A stretch of DNA of 43,640 nt from a virus (IMGVR_UViG_3300031760_000015:1-43640), one strand, 5' to 3'. Counted from the first letter of the stretch, positions 1-8,619 are shown. Translations and numbers: made by a program. The notes: generated by a model not told the origin, from the letters alone.

Positions 1-1
1 T

Positions 2-253
2 ATTTGTTTGGTTCTCATTCTCTCCGCGGCCCTCGCATTGACTGCTTGCCAAGTTGGCAATCGTCAAGTTGGTTGGGACACAACCCAAACCTTTACTTAC
101 GCCATTGTGGAACTCGGCAACGGTGAACTCGTTGAAGGCACAGTAACATCATGGCGCGACTTTGATGAATCTGATGTTGTTCAATTTACTATGAACGATG
201 TTACTTATCTTACTCACTACTCCAAAGTTATTCTTTGCACAAAGAAACCTTAA
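2..253 (+). CDS. Small predicted lipoprotein, 5' end outside window
   Basis: Frame open from window start; hydrophobic stretch plus lipobox-like LALTAC; hairpin terminator at 253-270. Confidence 0.7.
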   Translation: MCLVLILSAALALTACQVGNRQVGWDTTQTFTYAIVELGNGELVEGTVTSWRDFDESDVVQFTMNDVTYLTHYSKVILCTKKP

Positions 254-284
254 CGCGGGCAACCGCGTTTTATTTTGCTTTTCT

Positions 285-316
285 GTAAATTACATCAAAC
301 GTATAGTCTAATTAAT
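285..316. repeat. Palindromic site S1
   Basis: GTAAATTACA-TCAAACGTATAG-TCTAATTAAT. Confidence 0.85.
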
Positions 317-327
317 AATCATTTAAC

Positions 328-356
328 TTGACGCCCTTCTATATATATGATATACT
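328..356 (+). promoter_or_regulatory. sigmaA-type promoter, representative of the ~40 near-consensus promoters in the array
   Basis: TTGACG-N17-TATACT, preceded by TTAAC; the same architecture follows most sites. Confidence 0.8.
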
Positions 357-381
357 ATATACAATAAAAGCAAAGGAGATT

Positions 382-696
382 ATGAACATGACACCTATCT
401 ACAATGCCGCTACTCTTCGCAAAGTTTCCTCCGATGCCCGTCTTGCCGAATATAATCGTATTAAAAACGATTTTGTTCCTACGGTATTATGTAAAATGAA
501 CGAAGCAAACTTTGCCGCAGCTAATGCCGGCTATCAAAGCGCAGCCGATAACTTCAATCTTCTGTGTATGGGACTTTTTTCAGAAGAATCTCAAAATTAT
601 TTGAAAATAGGTCTAAAATCAGAGTTAGAAGAACTTGGTTTTTCGACCGTAATTAAAATAGAAAATGGGATGTTAAAAGTAATGTGTACATGGTAA
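382..696 (+). CDS. Hypothetical protein (family ending in L..LGF...I/C.W)
   Basis: AAGGAG RBS before ATG 382 (ORF-track TTG start lies in the -35 box); terminator 697-716. Confidence 0.8.
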   Translation: MNMTPIYNAATLRKVSSDARLAEYNRIKNDFVPTVLCKMNEANFAAANAGYQSAADNFNLLCMGLFSEESQNYLKIGLKSELEELGFSTVIKIENGMLKVMCTW

Positions 697-730
697 ATTG
701 CGGGAAACCGCAATTTCATTTTAATATTAT

Positions 731-762
731 GTAAATTACATTAAACGTAAATTCTATTTTAC
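731..762. repeat. Palindromic site S2
   Basis: GTAAATTACA-TTAAACGTAAAT-TCTATTTTAC. Confidence 0.85.
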
Positions 763-974
763 TTTCATTTAACTTTCCCAATTTCATTTTTATTTTATTT
801 TCCCAAAACTAACATACTATTTACTTCTAAAATCCTATTTTACTATTGACAATTTCATTTTAATATGATATAATATAATGATAGAAAAAATCTCAATTTC
901 ATTTCCTAAAATAAACTATCTAATTAACAACCTTTTAACTTGACACATCCTATATCTTATGCTATAATAGACTT

Positions 975-1152
975 GTCGAAAGGGAGAAAGGAGCGTTGAT
1001 AGGATGCCGCCCTATTAGAGCAAGGGGCAACAGTCCACTTGGCGGTGGAAAACTGACCCCACCATTACATTTGAAAACCGTTCCCCATTGACCACGGGCA
1101 AGTCAATGATGCTGGAAGCCCAACCGCGCGGAGTAGCTAACCGCGCGGCTTT
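975..1152 (+). ncRNA. Candidate ~180-nt structured small RNA cassette
   Basis: Promoter TTGACA 940/TATAAT 963; several hairpins; terminator at 1124-1152; no ORF longer than 25 codons. Confidence 0.5.
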
Positions 1153-1163
1153 ATTATACTAAT

Positions 1164-1195
1164 GTAAATTAGACTATACGTTTATTCTAATACAC
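1164..1195. repeat. Palindromic site S3
   Basis: GTAAATTAGA-CTATACGTTTAT-TCTAATACAC. Confidence 0.9.
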
Positions 1196-1265
1196 AAAAA
1201 CTTAATTTGACTTTTAAATCAACTTATGTTATAATGTTTACAGAATTAAGAAAGGGGTTGTTCCT

Positions 1266-1454
1266 ATGTGGCGTGTCTCTTACTCTCTCTATGGGCTTTC
1301 TTATACTTCTGTTTCATATTCTTCTTTGCAAGAGTGCATTGATGAACTCCATCGGCGTTGGTGTGATTTTAATTTTGACGCTATGGATTGGTTCAAAATC
1401 GAAGAAAAATATGACGGACTTTGGCATCAGCGCGGCTTTTATAAGAATGAGTGA
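1266..1454 (+). CDS. Hypothetical protein
   Basis: Own promoter and RBS AAGGGG; stop inside terminator loop. Confidence 0.8.
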   Translation: MWRVSYSLYGLSYTSVSYSSLQECIDELHRRWCDFNFDAMDWFKIEEKYDGLWHQRGFYKNE

Positions 1455-1480
1455 AATATCTCATTCTTTTTAAATTCTAT

Positions 1481-1512
1481 GTAAATTAGAGTAAACGTAG
1501 AGTCTAATTTAC
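1481..1512. repeat. Palindromic site S4
   Basis: GTAAATTAGA-GTAAACGTAGAG-TCTAATTTAC. Confidence 0.95.
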
Positions 1513-1590
1513 TAACACTTAATCATATCATGCTTACTTCTTAATACTGGAAATGGTATAATAATACATCAAATGAAGGAGGTAACTACC

Positions 1591-1839
1591 ATGAGTAAGT
1601 TCCTGTATGTCGTCTATGATAACCGCGAGGCCGATGTTGTTGTCATCTGTAAAGATATGGACAGCGCCATCAAAAACGCAATCCAATACGCGCACCATGC
1701 CGATTATGAAGTGACTGACTTCGCTTATGGTGAAGGCTATACCACCATCGAATACAAGGTCTTTGTCCCGCGCTTGTATTCTGAAAGCACCACTGAAACC
1801 GGCACCATCGTCATTACTGAATCAGAACTTGAAAACTAA
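1591..1839 (+). CDS. Hypothetical protein, paralog of 3741-3965
   Basis: GGAGG RBS; aligned motifs YV..N.. / F.Y.E..T.I.Y / I.E..L. Confidence 0.8.
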   Translation: MSKFLYVVYDNREADVVVICKDMDSAIKNAIQYAHHADYEVTDFAYGEGYTTIEYKVFVPRLYSESTTETGTIVITESELEN

Positions 1840-1870
1840 TGGGCACAAGCCCATTTTTTATTACCTTAAT

Positions 1871-1902
1871 GTAAATTAGACTATACGGAACTTCTAATTT
1901 AC
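1871..1902. repeat. Palindromic site S5
   Basis: GTAAATTAGA-CTATACGGAACT-TCTAATTTAC. Confidence 0.95.
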
Positions 1903-1972
1903 TAACTCTTAACTTGACAATTTATAAGATTCGATATATAATATATACATAAAAGCAAGGAGGTAACAAACA

Positions 1973-2218
1973 ATGAAGATTTGGACTGATGGTTGCGACA
2001 CCTTTGAGACTGAGGACGAAGCCCGCGAGGATGCTTATGAAAACATTACATGGGATGACATTGAAGAACATTTTCAGGACAATGTCAACTTTCACGACTT
2101 CTTTACCAAAGTGCGCGAAAACTTGCCGAACTTTTTCGAACTCTTTGAAGATGAATGCTGTGAAGCCGAAAATAATTATTTTGATAACCACTATTGGGAG
2201 GAAGGAGAAGAAGAATAG
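1973..2218 (+). CDS. Very acidic small protein
   Basis: GGAGG RBS; D/E-rich 81 aa; terminator follows. Confidence 0.85.
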   Translation: MKIWTDGCDTFETEDEAREDAYENITWDDIEEHFQDNVNFHDFFTKVRENLPNFFELFEDECCEAENNYFDNHYWEEGEEE

Positions 2219-2246
2219 CGGCAACGCTATTCTTTTTTAATCATAT

Positions 2247-2278
2247 GTTAATTAAACTAACCGTATCGTCTAATTTAC
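2247..2278. repeat. Palindromic site S6
   Basis: GTTAATTAAA-CTAACCGTATCG-TCTAATTTAC. Confidence 0.9.
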
Positions 2279-2349
2279 TAATATTTAACTTGACTTCTCA
2301 TATATCATATGCTATAATGTATACATCAAATGAAAGAGAGGTACTCCCC

Positions 2350-2616
2350 ATGAACAAGACTTTCGACTCCATCGCCGCCGATACCGCTACCATCGCCATG
2401 AACATGATGACCATTGAAGAACTTCGCGCAGTAATCAACGCGGCCGCCGACAAGATTGACGAAAAGGCCGAGCGCCACCGCATCGCCATCGAGCAGGCTA
2501 TTGCGGACGCCATCGAAGATGGTTTCGACATCTGCTTCTGGGTTGAGGGCAGGGACGGCGATTGCTTCATCAACCACGAAGAAACCGACCGCATCACGCA
2601 CGTATCCGTAAATTAG
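2350..2616 (+). CDS. Hypothetical protein (GC-rich codons)
   Basis: GAGAGG RBS before ATG 2350. Confidence 0.8.
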   Translation: MNKTFDSIAADTATIAMNMMTIEELRAVINAAADKIDEKAERHRIAIEQAIADAIEDGFDICFWVEGRDGDCFINHEETDRITHVSVN

Positions 2617-2645
2617 TGGGCAACCACTAATTTTTTTAAGCAAGT

Positions 2646-2677
2646 GTAAATTAGAAGGCACGGACCTTCTAATTAAC
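2646..2677. repeat. Palindromic site S7
   Basis: GTAAATTAGA-AGGCACGGACCT-TCTAATTAAC. Confidence 0.9.
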
Positions 2678-2748
2678 AAACAAATAACTTGACTTTTTTC
2701 TCTATTAGGTGTATAATAAATATACAAAAACGAAAGGGGATAACTACT

Positions 2749-2958
2749 ATGGCAATCACTATCAAGCATACCTATTCCGCAAGCGTTGACATTGTTTTTA
2801 CCTCTGAGGACGGCTACTGCTTTCATCAGAAAGTAACCGATACCATGGACGGAATTGCGGAACATGTTTGCGACATGTTCATCGCGCACAAGTTCACCGC
2901 CGCGGATGTTTGCGACGTTAACACTGGCGAACTTCTCATGACCTTGGAGCGGACGTAA
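2749..2958 (+). CDS. Hypothetical protein
   Basis: AAAGGGG RBS before ATG 2749. Confidence 0.8.
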   Translation: MAITIKHTYSASVDIVFTSEDGYCFHQKVTDTMDGIAEHVCDMFIAHKFTAADVCDVNTGELLMTLERT

Positions 2959-2975
2959 GTCCGCTTTAATTTTAT

Positions 2976-3007
2976 GTAAATTAGACTAAACGTAAATTCT
3001 AATTCAT
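2976..3007. repeat. Palindromic site S8
   Basis: GTAAATTAGA-CTAAACGTAAAT-TCTAATTCAT. Confidence 0.9.
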
Positions 3008-3077
3008 TTAAATTTAACTTGACTTCTTCTCTCTAAAATGATATAATTAATACATCAAAAGCAAGGAGGAATAAACC

Positions 3078-3263
3078 ATGAACCTGCCGCTGTACGTCAT
3101 TGATTACATCGTGAACTCTACCAACACTGTTTCCTATCAGTATTTCTATACTACCCGCGCCGCACGTGATTTTCTCTGGATTAATCGTGACAAAATCCAC
3201 GACCCAATTATCACACTCTTCGGAAGCAATATGGAAATCAGTGAAAAAGACTTGCGGGATTAA
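3078..3263 (+). CDS. Hypothetical protein
   Basis: Promoter, GGAGG RBS, terminator. Confidence 0.8.
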   Translation: MNLPLYVIDYIVNSTNTVSYQYFYTTRAARDFLWINRDKIHDPIITLFGSNMEISEKDLRD

Positions 3264-3287
3264 TCCCGCATTTCTTTTTAAGCATAT

Positions 3288-3319
3288 GTAAATTAGAATA
3301 TCCGTATTATCTAATTTTC
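3288..3319. repeat. Palindromic site S9
   Basis: GTAAATTAGA-ATATCCGTATTA-TCTAATTTTC. Confidence 0.9.
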
Positions 3320-3388
3320 AAACTTTTAACTTGACATATACTGATTTATAGATTATAATATATACAGAAATTGAGAGGAGGCAACCCC

Positions 3389-3604
3389 ATGAAACAGATT
3401 AACAAAGTTCAGGCCCGTAAACTTTACAGTGAAAAGAAGCCCTTTATCATTGTGCCTGCGAATATGCGACCTGATTCACAATTCGCCGTTCACATGAAAC
3501 CCGGCTGGATGTGGCGCAATTTCAACAACTTTTACAATGAGTTTTGCTACTATAACTGTAACAAAGAAACAGGCCGCTATCCGCGGTTTTACGTGGAGGA
3601 TTAA
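3389..3604 (+). CDS. Hypothetical protein
   Basis: AGGAGG RBS before ATG 3389. Confidence 0.8.
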   Translation: MKQINKVQARKLYSEKKPFIIVPANMRPDSQFAVHMKPGWMWRNFNNFYNEFCYYNCNKETGRYPRFYVED

Positions 3605-3628
3605 TCCTCCACTTTTTATTATAGCTAT

Positions 3629-3660
3629 GTAAATTAGACTTTCCGTTTAGTCTAATTTAC
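3629..3660. repeat. Palindromic site S10
   Basis: GTAAATTAGA-CTTTCCGTTTAG-TCTAATTTAC. Confidence 0.95.
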
Positions 3661-3740
3661 TCACATTTAACTTTATTATGCTTACTTCTTAATATTCAAA
3701 ATGGTATAATATATCCATCAAATGAAGGGGGTATAAACCT

Positions 3741-3965
3741 ATGAAGGCTATTTACGTCATCACTGAAAACAATGAAGTCATCACCGCCCGCGACACCATG
3801 AACAACGCCGTTGCTGCCGCAATGAACCGGATTGCTATTTGCGGCTATCTGTGTGAAGGGTTCGAATATGACGAATCCTTGACACTCATTGACTACCGCG
3901 ATACCAGCGCGCACGAAACGCGCACGATGCTCATTCAGGAAACGACCTTGCATGAAGGGGTTTAA
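3741..3965 (+). CDS. Hypothetical protein, paralog of 1591-1839
   Basis: Shared atypical promoter and protein motifs. Confidence 0.8.
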   Translation: MKAIYVITENNEVITARDTMNNAVAAAMNRIAICGYLCEGFEYDESLTLIDYRDTSAHETRTMLIQETTLHEGV

Positions 3966-3985
3966 CCCCTTCTTTTTAATTCTAT

Positions 3986-4017
3986 GTAAATTAGATAATC
4001 CGTATCTTCTAATTCAC
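3986..4017. repeat. Palindromic site S11
   Basis: GTAAATTAGA-TAATCCGTATCT-TCTAATTCAC. Confidence 0.9.
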
Positions 4018-4086
4018 ATACAATTAACTTGACAAAATATATCAATTCATGCTATAATAAATCATCAAATGAAGGGGGTTAATACC

Positions 4087-4305
4087 ATGAAGAAATACAG
4101 CATCACTACAAAGTTTGTTACCATGTACACCAAAGAAGAAGAAGTCAAAGTCGAATATACAAATGACTTTGAGGCCGCTTTAGGCGCGTACATCATTTAC
4201 ATTGAAAACCCTGAAGTTGTATTCTGCACTTTGGCACTTCTTAACGAAAATGACACAATTCGAGAAATTGTCGCCGCGTTTAATTCGCAGCATATAAGGG
4301 GTTAA
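4087..4305 (+). CDS. Hypothetical protein
   Basis: AAGGGGG RBS before ATG 4087. Confidence 0.8.
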   Translation: MKKYSITTKFVTMYTKEEEVKVEYTNDFEAALGAYIIYIENPEVVFCTLALLNENDTIREIVAAFNSQHIRG

Positions 4306-4327
4306 TCCCCTTATATGTTGACTATAT

Positions 4328-4359
4328 GTAAATTAGAGTATCCGGACACTCTAATATAC
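4328..4359. repeat. Palindromic site S12
   Basis: GTAAATTAGA-GTATCCGGACAC-TCTAATATAC. Confidence 0.9.
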
Positions 4360-4459
4360 AAAAACTTAATATAAAAAAACTATTGACAAATCAATTTTTT
4401 GTGGTATAATAAAATAAAAACGGTTCAACAACAACGACAACATGAGAGGAGATTTTACA

Positions 4460-4753
4460 ATGTTTTTTCAGATTCAGATTCGTCACGTTTTAGTCTATGG
4501 TTACATCTATGACAACGGCATGTTTGAGATTAACATGTGGGACTTTGACGCCGATGATTATTGGTTCAGGGACGGACGTAAAAAGACTGTTAAGGCCGCG
4601 TGGCGCATGATTTACCACATGGCCCGCGACATGGACAGGATTAACCACATCTTTGATGAAGATGGGGTTGAGGAATTGGAAGAGGCAATGGAACTGTTCT
4701 TTGACGAAGATTTAGAAATGTTAAATCTTGATGAAGATTGGGATTGGGAATAG
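4460..4753 (+). CDS. Acidic-tailed hypothetical protein
   Basis: GAGGAG RBS before ATG 4460; D/E-rich C-terminus. Confidence 0.8.
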   Translation: MFFQIQIRHVLVYGYIYDNGMFEINMWDFDADDYWFRDGRKKTVKAAWRMIYHMARDMDRINHIFDEDGVEELEEAMELFFDEDLEMLNLDEDWDWE

Positions 4754-4782
4754 GCCAACGGCCTATTCTTTTTTAAACTAAT

Positions 4783-4814
4783 GTAAATTAGACTATCCGG
4801 CTACTCTAATTTAC
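4783..4814. repeat. Palindromic site S13
   Basis: GTAAATTAGA-CTATCCGGCTAC-TCTAATTTAC. Confidence 0.95.
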
Positions 4815-5075
4815 GAACATTTAACTTGACAAATCTTGTAAAATTTGGTATAATTAACAATGGTGGAATATTATGAGAAAGGAGGCGATTGTTATGACTA
4901 TGTTAAGGAGTGATTGAGTTTTGGTTAAGACTATATTAAAATTAAGTAAAGTGGCCCGTGTATCGGGTCTGTTAGTGCTGCCTAATTTTAGCTAAACTTA
5001 ACCCATAATTAACTTGACTTACAAGCTGGAAGCTGGTATAATATATATAGAAAAAGAGAGGAGCTGGAGCTGGAT

Positions 5076-5261
5076 ATGAAGAAACTTACTACTGAACAAA
5101 CGGAAAAGCTGAAAGCTGCTATTCGCGCACTATATCAGCTGGAAGATGAGCTGTCAAGTGATTTTGAAGGTAATCGTCAAGATGCCTGGGATGTTCATTC
5201 TATCTTAAAAGTAGCAGACCATCTTACCGTATTGTATGAAAAATGGAAGGAGAATAAGTAA
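5076..5261 (+). CDS. Hypothetical protein
   Basis: Own promoter at 5014; GGAG RBS. Confidence 0.75.
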   Translation: MKKLTTEQTEKLKAAIRALYQLEDELSSDFEGNRQDAWDVHSILKVADHLTVLYEKWKENK

Positions 5262-5262
5262 T

Positions 5263-5457
5263 ATGTTCAAGCCTAATGCAGAACACATCGAAGAACTGAT
5301 GCGTGCAAAAGAGATTTGCGATTCTCTGATTGATGAAATCCATCAAGATGATGATTACCTTTTTCTAATGAATAGAGCAAGACTTAGTAGCGCCGCCGCA
5401 GCCATTGAGAATGTTCTTAATAGTTTTACTAATACCATTGAAGCACTCACACCATGA
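5263..5457 (+). CDS. Hypothetical protein
   Basis: AAGGAG RBS; coupled to the previous gene; terminator at the stop. Confidence 0.75.
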   Translation: MFKPNAEHIEELMRAKEICDSLIDEIHQDDDYLFLMNRARLSSAAAAIENVLNSFTNTIEALTP

Positions 5458-5472
5458 GTGCTTTACTTTTAT

Positions 5473-5504
5473 GTTAATTAAACCGCACGTACAATTTATA
5501 TAAC
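5473..5504. repeat. Palindromic site S14
   Basis: GTTAATTAAA-CCGCACGTACAA-TTTATATAAC. Confidence 0.8.
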
Positions 5505-5574
5505 AATCTTTTAACTTGACATTTTATTCTAAATGATATATAATATATACATCAAGTGAAGGGAGATACAAACT

Positions 5575-5946
5575 ATGCGCGAAGTTACTATGTATTATGC
5601 CTATGATGACAAGGAATTTGACAACTATGAAGCGTGCTTGGTTTATGAAAATAAAGGTTATGGACTAATGCGTAGCATAGAAAAGAAGTATTCTTTCTAT
5701 GATAAGAATATGAAGGAAATGATTCCTCCATATGAATCATCTAATGTTGAAGATTGGTTAACTTGGTTAGATGATGCTTATTCTTACTGCACTTACATTA
5801 GGAAGATGGGCAGTCTGACTGACGATGAAGCAGAAATCATTCGGGAGAATATTGGTGTTTGTATTTTCGAGGAAGATTTCAATTGTGCGGTTGGCCTATT
5901 TAGATATGATACTCGCACAATGGAATGGGTTAAAGTGGATGAATAA
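5575..5946 (+). CDS. Hypothetical protein
   Basis: Promoter, GGGAG RBS, terminator. Confidence 0.8.
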   Translation: MREVTMYYAYDDKEFDNYEACLVYENKGYGLMRSIEKKYSFYDKNMKEMIPPYESSNVEDWLTWLDDAYSYCTYIRKMGSLTDDEAEIIRENIGVCIFEEDFNCAVGLFRYDTRTMEWVKVDE

Positions 5947-5968
5947 TCCACTTTAATTTTAATTATAT

Positions 5969-6000
5969 GTAAATTAAATAATCCGTATATCCTAATTTAC
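5969..6000. repeat. Palindromic site S15
   Basis: GTAAATTAAA-TAATCCGTATAT-CCTAATTTAC. Confidence 0.9.
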
Positions 6001-6069
6001 AAACAATTAACTTGACTTCTTAAATTATATATGCTATACTGTATACATCAAATGAAGGGAGCATAGAAC

Positions 6070-6507
6070 ATGAAGATAGTTTGGGACATGGACGGCACGA
6101 TTGCCGATTTGTATGGTGTGGAGAATTGGCTTACTTACTTGCGTGCTTTTGACCCCACGCCTTATCTTGCGGCGAAACCTCTTGTTAATATGTCAAGATT
6201 GGCATATTGGCTAAACAGATTACAAGAAAAAGGGCACAAACTTGTTATTGTAAGTTGGTTAAGTAAAGAATCAAATCCAGATTATGACAAATTGGTTACT
6301 GATGCCAAAATTAAATGGCTCAACCAACATTTGCCAAGCGTCAAATGGGATGAAATTCATATTGTAGCCTATGGCCGCAATAAATGGGAAATAGCAAAAG
6401 ATGGAATTTTGTTTGATGATGATATGAGAAATCACGAAGCATGGAAAAATGGAAATAGCTATTTCCCCAATGATATATTCGATGTTCTTAAAAAGATGGC
6501 GGCTTGA
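6070..6507 (+). CDS. HAD-superfamily 5'(3')-deoxyribonucleotidase-like phosphatase
   Basis: N-terminal DMDGT (DxDxT) motif and C-terminal LFDDD motif. Confidence 0.8.
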   Translation: MKIVWDMDGTIADLYGVENWLTYLRAFDPTPYLAAKPLVNMSRLAYWLNRLQEKGHKLVIVSWLSKESNPDYDKLVTDAKIKWLNQHLPSVKWDEIHIVAYGRNKWEIAKDGILFDDDMRNHEAWKNGNSYFPNDIFDVLKKMAA

Positions 6508-6530
6508 CCGCCATCTTTTATAAATTATAT

Positions 6531-6562
6531 GTTAATTAAAACGCACGGATAATGTATTTAAC
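6531..6562. repeat. Palindromic site S16
   Basis: GTTAATTAAA-ACGCACGGATAA-TGTATTTAAC. Confidence 0.8.
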
Positions 6563-6630
6563 AAAAAATTTACTTGACTTTTTATAGAAATTATGTTATA
6601 ATAATTATAGAAAACGAAAGGAGAAAGCAA

Positions 6631-6699
6631 ATGTTTATTTGGTTAGTTTTTGCTATCGACATTCTGATTATTTCTGCAATTCTCGTAACAATCATTTAA
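6631..6699 (+). CDS. 22-aa hydrophobic membrane peptide (MFIWLVFAIDILIISAILVTII)
   Basis: Own promoter (6574) and AAGGAG RBS; below ORF-track cutoff. Confidence 0.6.
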   Translation: MFIWLVFAIDILIISAILVTII

Positions 6700-6776
6700 C
6701 TTGACTTTCTCGCCTCAACATGTTATAATGTATCTACAAAGTGAAGGAAAACACTAAACCAGAGAGGAGTTAATCT

Positions 6777-7238
6777 ATGGCTAACATGAGTAAGGCAGCC
6801 CTCGAAACCGCTATCCGCAATGACATTCTTTCCGCTATGACTGCTTTCCTGTCTGAACACTTTGAAGCCGATGTAATGGACGTTAGCGCAAGCGAACTGG
6901 CTATGCCTGTTGTCGATGCCGAAGGCAACGAAAAGTTCGCACTGATTAAGGTATCTATTCCGCGTGGTTCTCGCAATGGCGATGGCGGTTATGATGCCTA
7001 TGACGGTTACGCAGCCCATGATGAATGGGAACTTGTCAAGGCAGACAAAGCAGACAAAGAAGCAAAGCGCAAGGAAAAGGCAGAACGCGCAGAGAAGGAA
7101 AAAGAGCGCAAGCGCGCCGCAAAGAAAACTATTAAGAAACTGAATACCGAAGGGCTTCAGGCGATGATTCACGCGCCTGACCCCGAAGAAGAAAAAGATG
7201 ACGATAACCAATTCCTGCCCCAAGAAGTGACGGTTTAA
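6777..7238 (+). CDS. Hypothetical protein with K/A/E-rich tail (family with 8201-8515 and 12459-12797)
   Basis: Promoter, conserved leader, GAGGAG RBS. Confidence 0.85.
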   Translation: MANMSKAALETAIRNDILSAMTAFLSEHFEADVMDVSASELAMPVVDAEGNEKFALIKVSIPRGSRNGDGGYDAYDGYAAHDEWELVKADKADKEAKRKEKAERAEKEKERKRAAKKTIKKLNTEGLQAMIHAPDPEEEKDDDNQFLPQEVTV

Positions 7239-7261
7239 CCGTCACTTTATTTTATATCTAT

Positions 7262-7293
7262 GTTAATTATATTGTACGTTCAATCTATATTAC
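7262..7293. repeat. Palindromic site S17
   Basis: GTTAATTATA-TTGTACGTTCAA-TCTATATTAC. Confidence 0.8.
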
Positions 7294-7363
7294 AAACAAT
7301 TAACTTGACTTCTATGCGCGAATCATGTATAATTATATCAGAAAACGAAAGGAGAATTGCCAA

Positions 7364-7504
7364 ATGATTATTACTGTAACTATTGATACTGATGATATGA
7401 CCTTCTGCGCTTCTGATGAGAATGATGAAATATATGTAGATTATACCAAATGTGACCCCGAAGATATTACAATAAAAGAAATAATTAACGATTTCTTAAC
7501 TTGA
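7364..7504 (+). CDS. 46-aa acidic protein
   Basis: AAGGAG RBS; TGA stop overlaps the next -35 box. Confidence 0.65.
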   Translation: MIITVTIDTDDMTFCASDENDEIYVDYTKCDPEDITIKEIINDFLT

Positions 7505-7554
7505 CTTCTACTCTTCAATATGCTATAATAATTCCAGAAAGTGAGGGAAAGCAA

Positions 7555-7710
7555 ATGAAATACACAGTTGATATTTATTTTTCTTCTGGATATAATGGAA
7601 ATTGGCGAAATTGTGGTTATACCTTTCCAACTTATATTGACGCATATCTGTGGGTATGTCTCAATTATCCTAATCTTATTTCTAAAGATTATAGATTTAG
7701 AGAGGTTTAA
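7555..7710 (+). CDS. Hypothetical protein
   Basis: GAGGG RBS before ATG 7555. Confidence 0.7.
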   Translation: MKYTVDIYFSSGYNGNWRNCGYTFPTYIDAYLWVCLNYPNLISKDYRFREV

Positions 7711-7713
7711 AAA

Positions 7714-7935
7714 ATGAGTAAAAAGAATAATTCTACTTATGAAGTTATCCGCAAAATACGCGGTGATTGGGGTAGTATCAATCCAGTAACCAAAGTAATT
7801 CCAAATAAGAAAAAGAATTATCAGTTTGATGATGATTATTATAGTATGGACGATTGTAATTATGATTTAGAGCATCTTAGAGCAGACCATTATGAAGAAG
7901 ATGATTATTATTTTGAAGATTGGAGCGATTATTAA
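7714..7935 (+). CDS. Hypothetical protein with D/Y-rich tail
   Basis: GAGG RBS; operonic. Confidence 0.7.
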   Translation: MSKKNNSTYEVIRKIRGDWGSINPVTKVIPNKKKNYQFDDDYYSMDDCNYDLEHLRADHYEEDDYYFEDWSDY

Positions 7936-8126
7936 TGATTGTAGCAGGACTTATCCGCGCAGCCCAAACCAAAGTTATTATTAACAGTGTTATAATTTGG
8001 AATCCAAATACCAGCCGCGCTTTATATGTTGGTTCAGTAAGTGAAATCCCCGAAAAACTTAAATATAAAGAAGTAAATTCCTATCGTTATAGCAAAGAAA
8101 AAGAAAGAATAATAATAAGGATTTAA
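7935..8126 (+). CDS. Hypothetical protein
   Basis: TAATG overlap with upstream stop; terminator at the stop. Confidence 0.7.
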   Translation: MIVAGLIRAAQTKVIINSVIIWNPNTSRALYVGSVSEIPEKLKYKEVNSYRYSKEKERIIIRI

Positions 8127-8148
8127 TCCTTATTATTTTTAATTATAT

Positions 8149-8180
8149 GTAAAATACATTATACGTTCACTCTAATTTAC
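8149..8180. repeat. Palindromic site S18 (terminator on both sides; left end of inversion 1)
   Basis: GTAAAATACA-TTATACGTTCAC-TCTAATTTAC; no adjacent promoter. Confidence 0.9.
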
Positions 8181-8188
8181 ACTAAATT

Positions 8189-8213
8189 AAAAAAGAAGGC
8201 TTACGCCTTCTTT
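8189..8213 (-). terminator. Intrinsic terminator of the inverted gene, facing site S18
   Basis: Minus strand AAGAAGGC-GTAA-GCCTTCTTTTTT. Confidence 0.8.
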
Positions 8214-8515
8214 TCCTTCGCCGCAATCTTAGCAGCCTTTTCAGCTTCCTTGGCAGCCTTATTATCAGCCTTAATCTGACGTTCGGCTTCCCATTCCTGC
8301 GCAGCCTCATAGGGGTCAAATGCCTTGGATACCTTGGTATCCTTGTAAGCCTTGGACTTCACAGAAACTTCTGTCCAAACTTCCTGACCGTCCACAGTCT
8401 GGAGAATGGCGAAAGAGCCATCCGCAAACTTTACGGCATCATTTTCCTGAAGTGACGGCATGATAGCGGCAATGGTCATCTGACGAGCGGTAGCCTTAAT
8501 CTCATTAGCGTTCAT
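8201..8515 (-). CDS. Inverted cassette gene, K/A-rich tail family
   Basis: Minus-strand promoter TTGACA 8597-8592/TATAAT, leader, AAAGGG RBS, terminator 8189-8213. Confidence 0.85.
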   Translation of the reverse strand: MNANEIKATARQMTIAAIMPSLQENDAVKFADGSFAILQTVDGQEVWTEVSVKSKAYKDTKVSKAFDPYEAAQEWEAERQIKADNKAAKEAEKAAKIAAKEKKA

Positions 8516-8619
8516 GTATTTCCCTTTCTGGTTTTTAGGACTTGTTCCTTGTCCTCTTGACAGTTATTATTATAGCAGAATTTCATTTCCTTGTCAATAC
8601 TTTTCTATGTTAATTTCAT

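Noticed and set aside
4860-5010. Possible gene or RNA after the promoter at 4826
   Set aside because: Only 17- and 7-codon ORFs and one weak hairpin; probably a decayed cassette, too weak to call.
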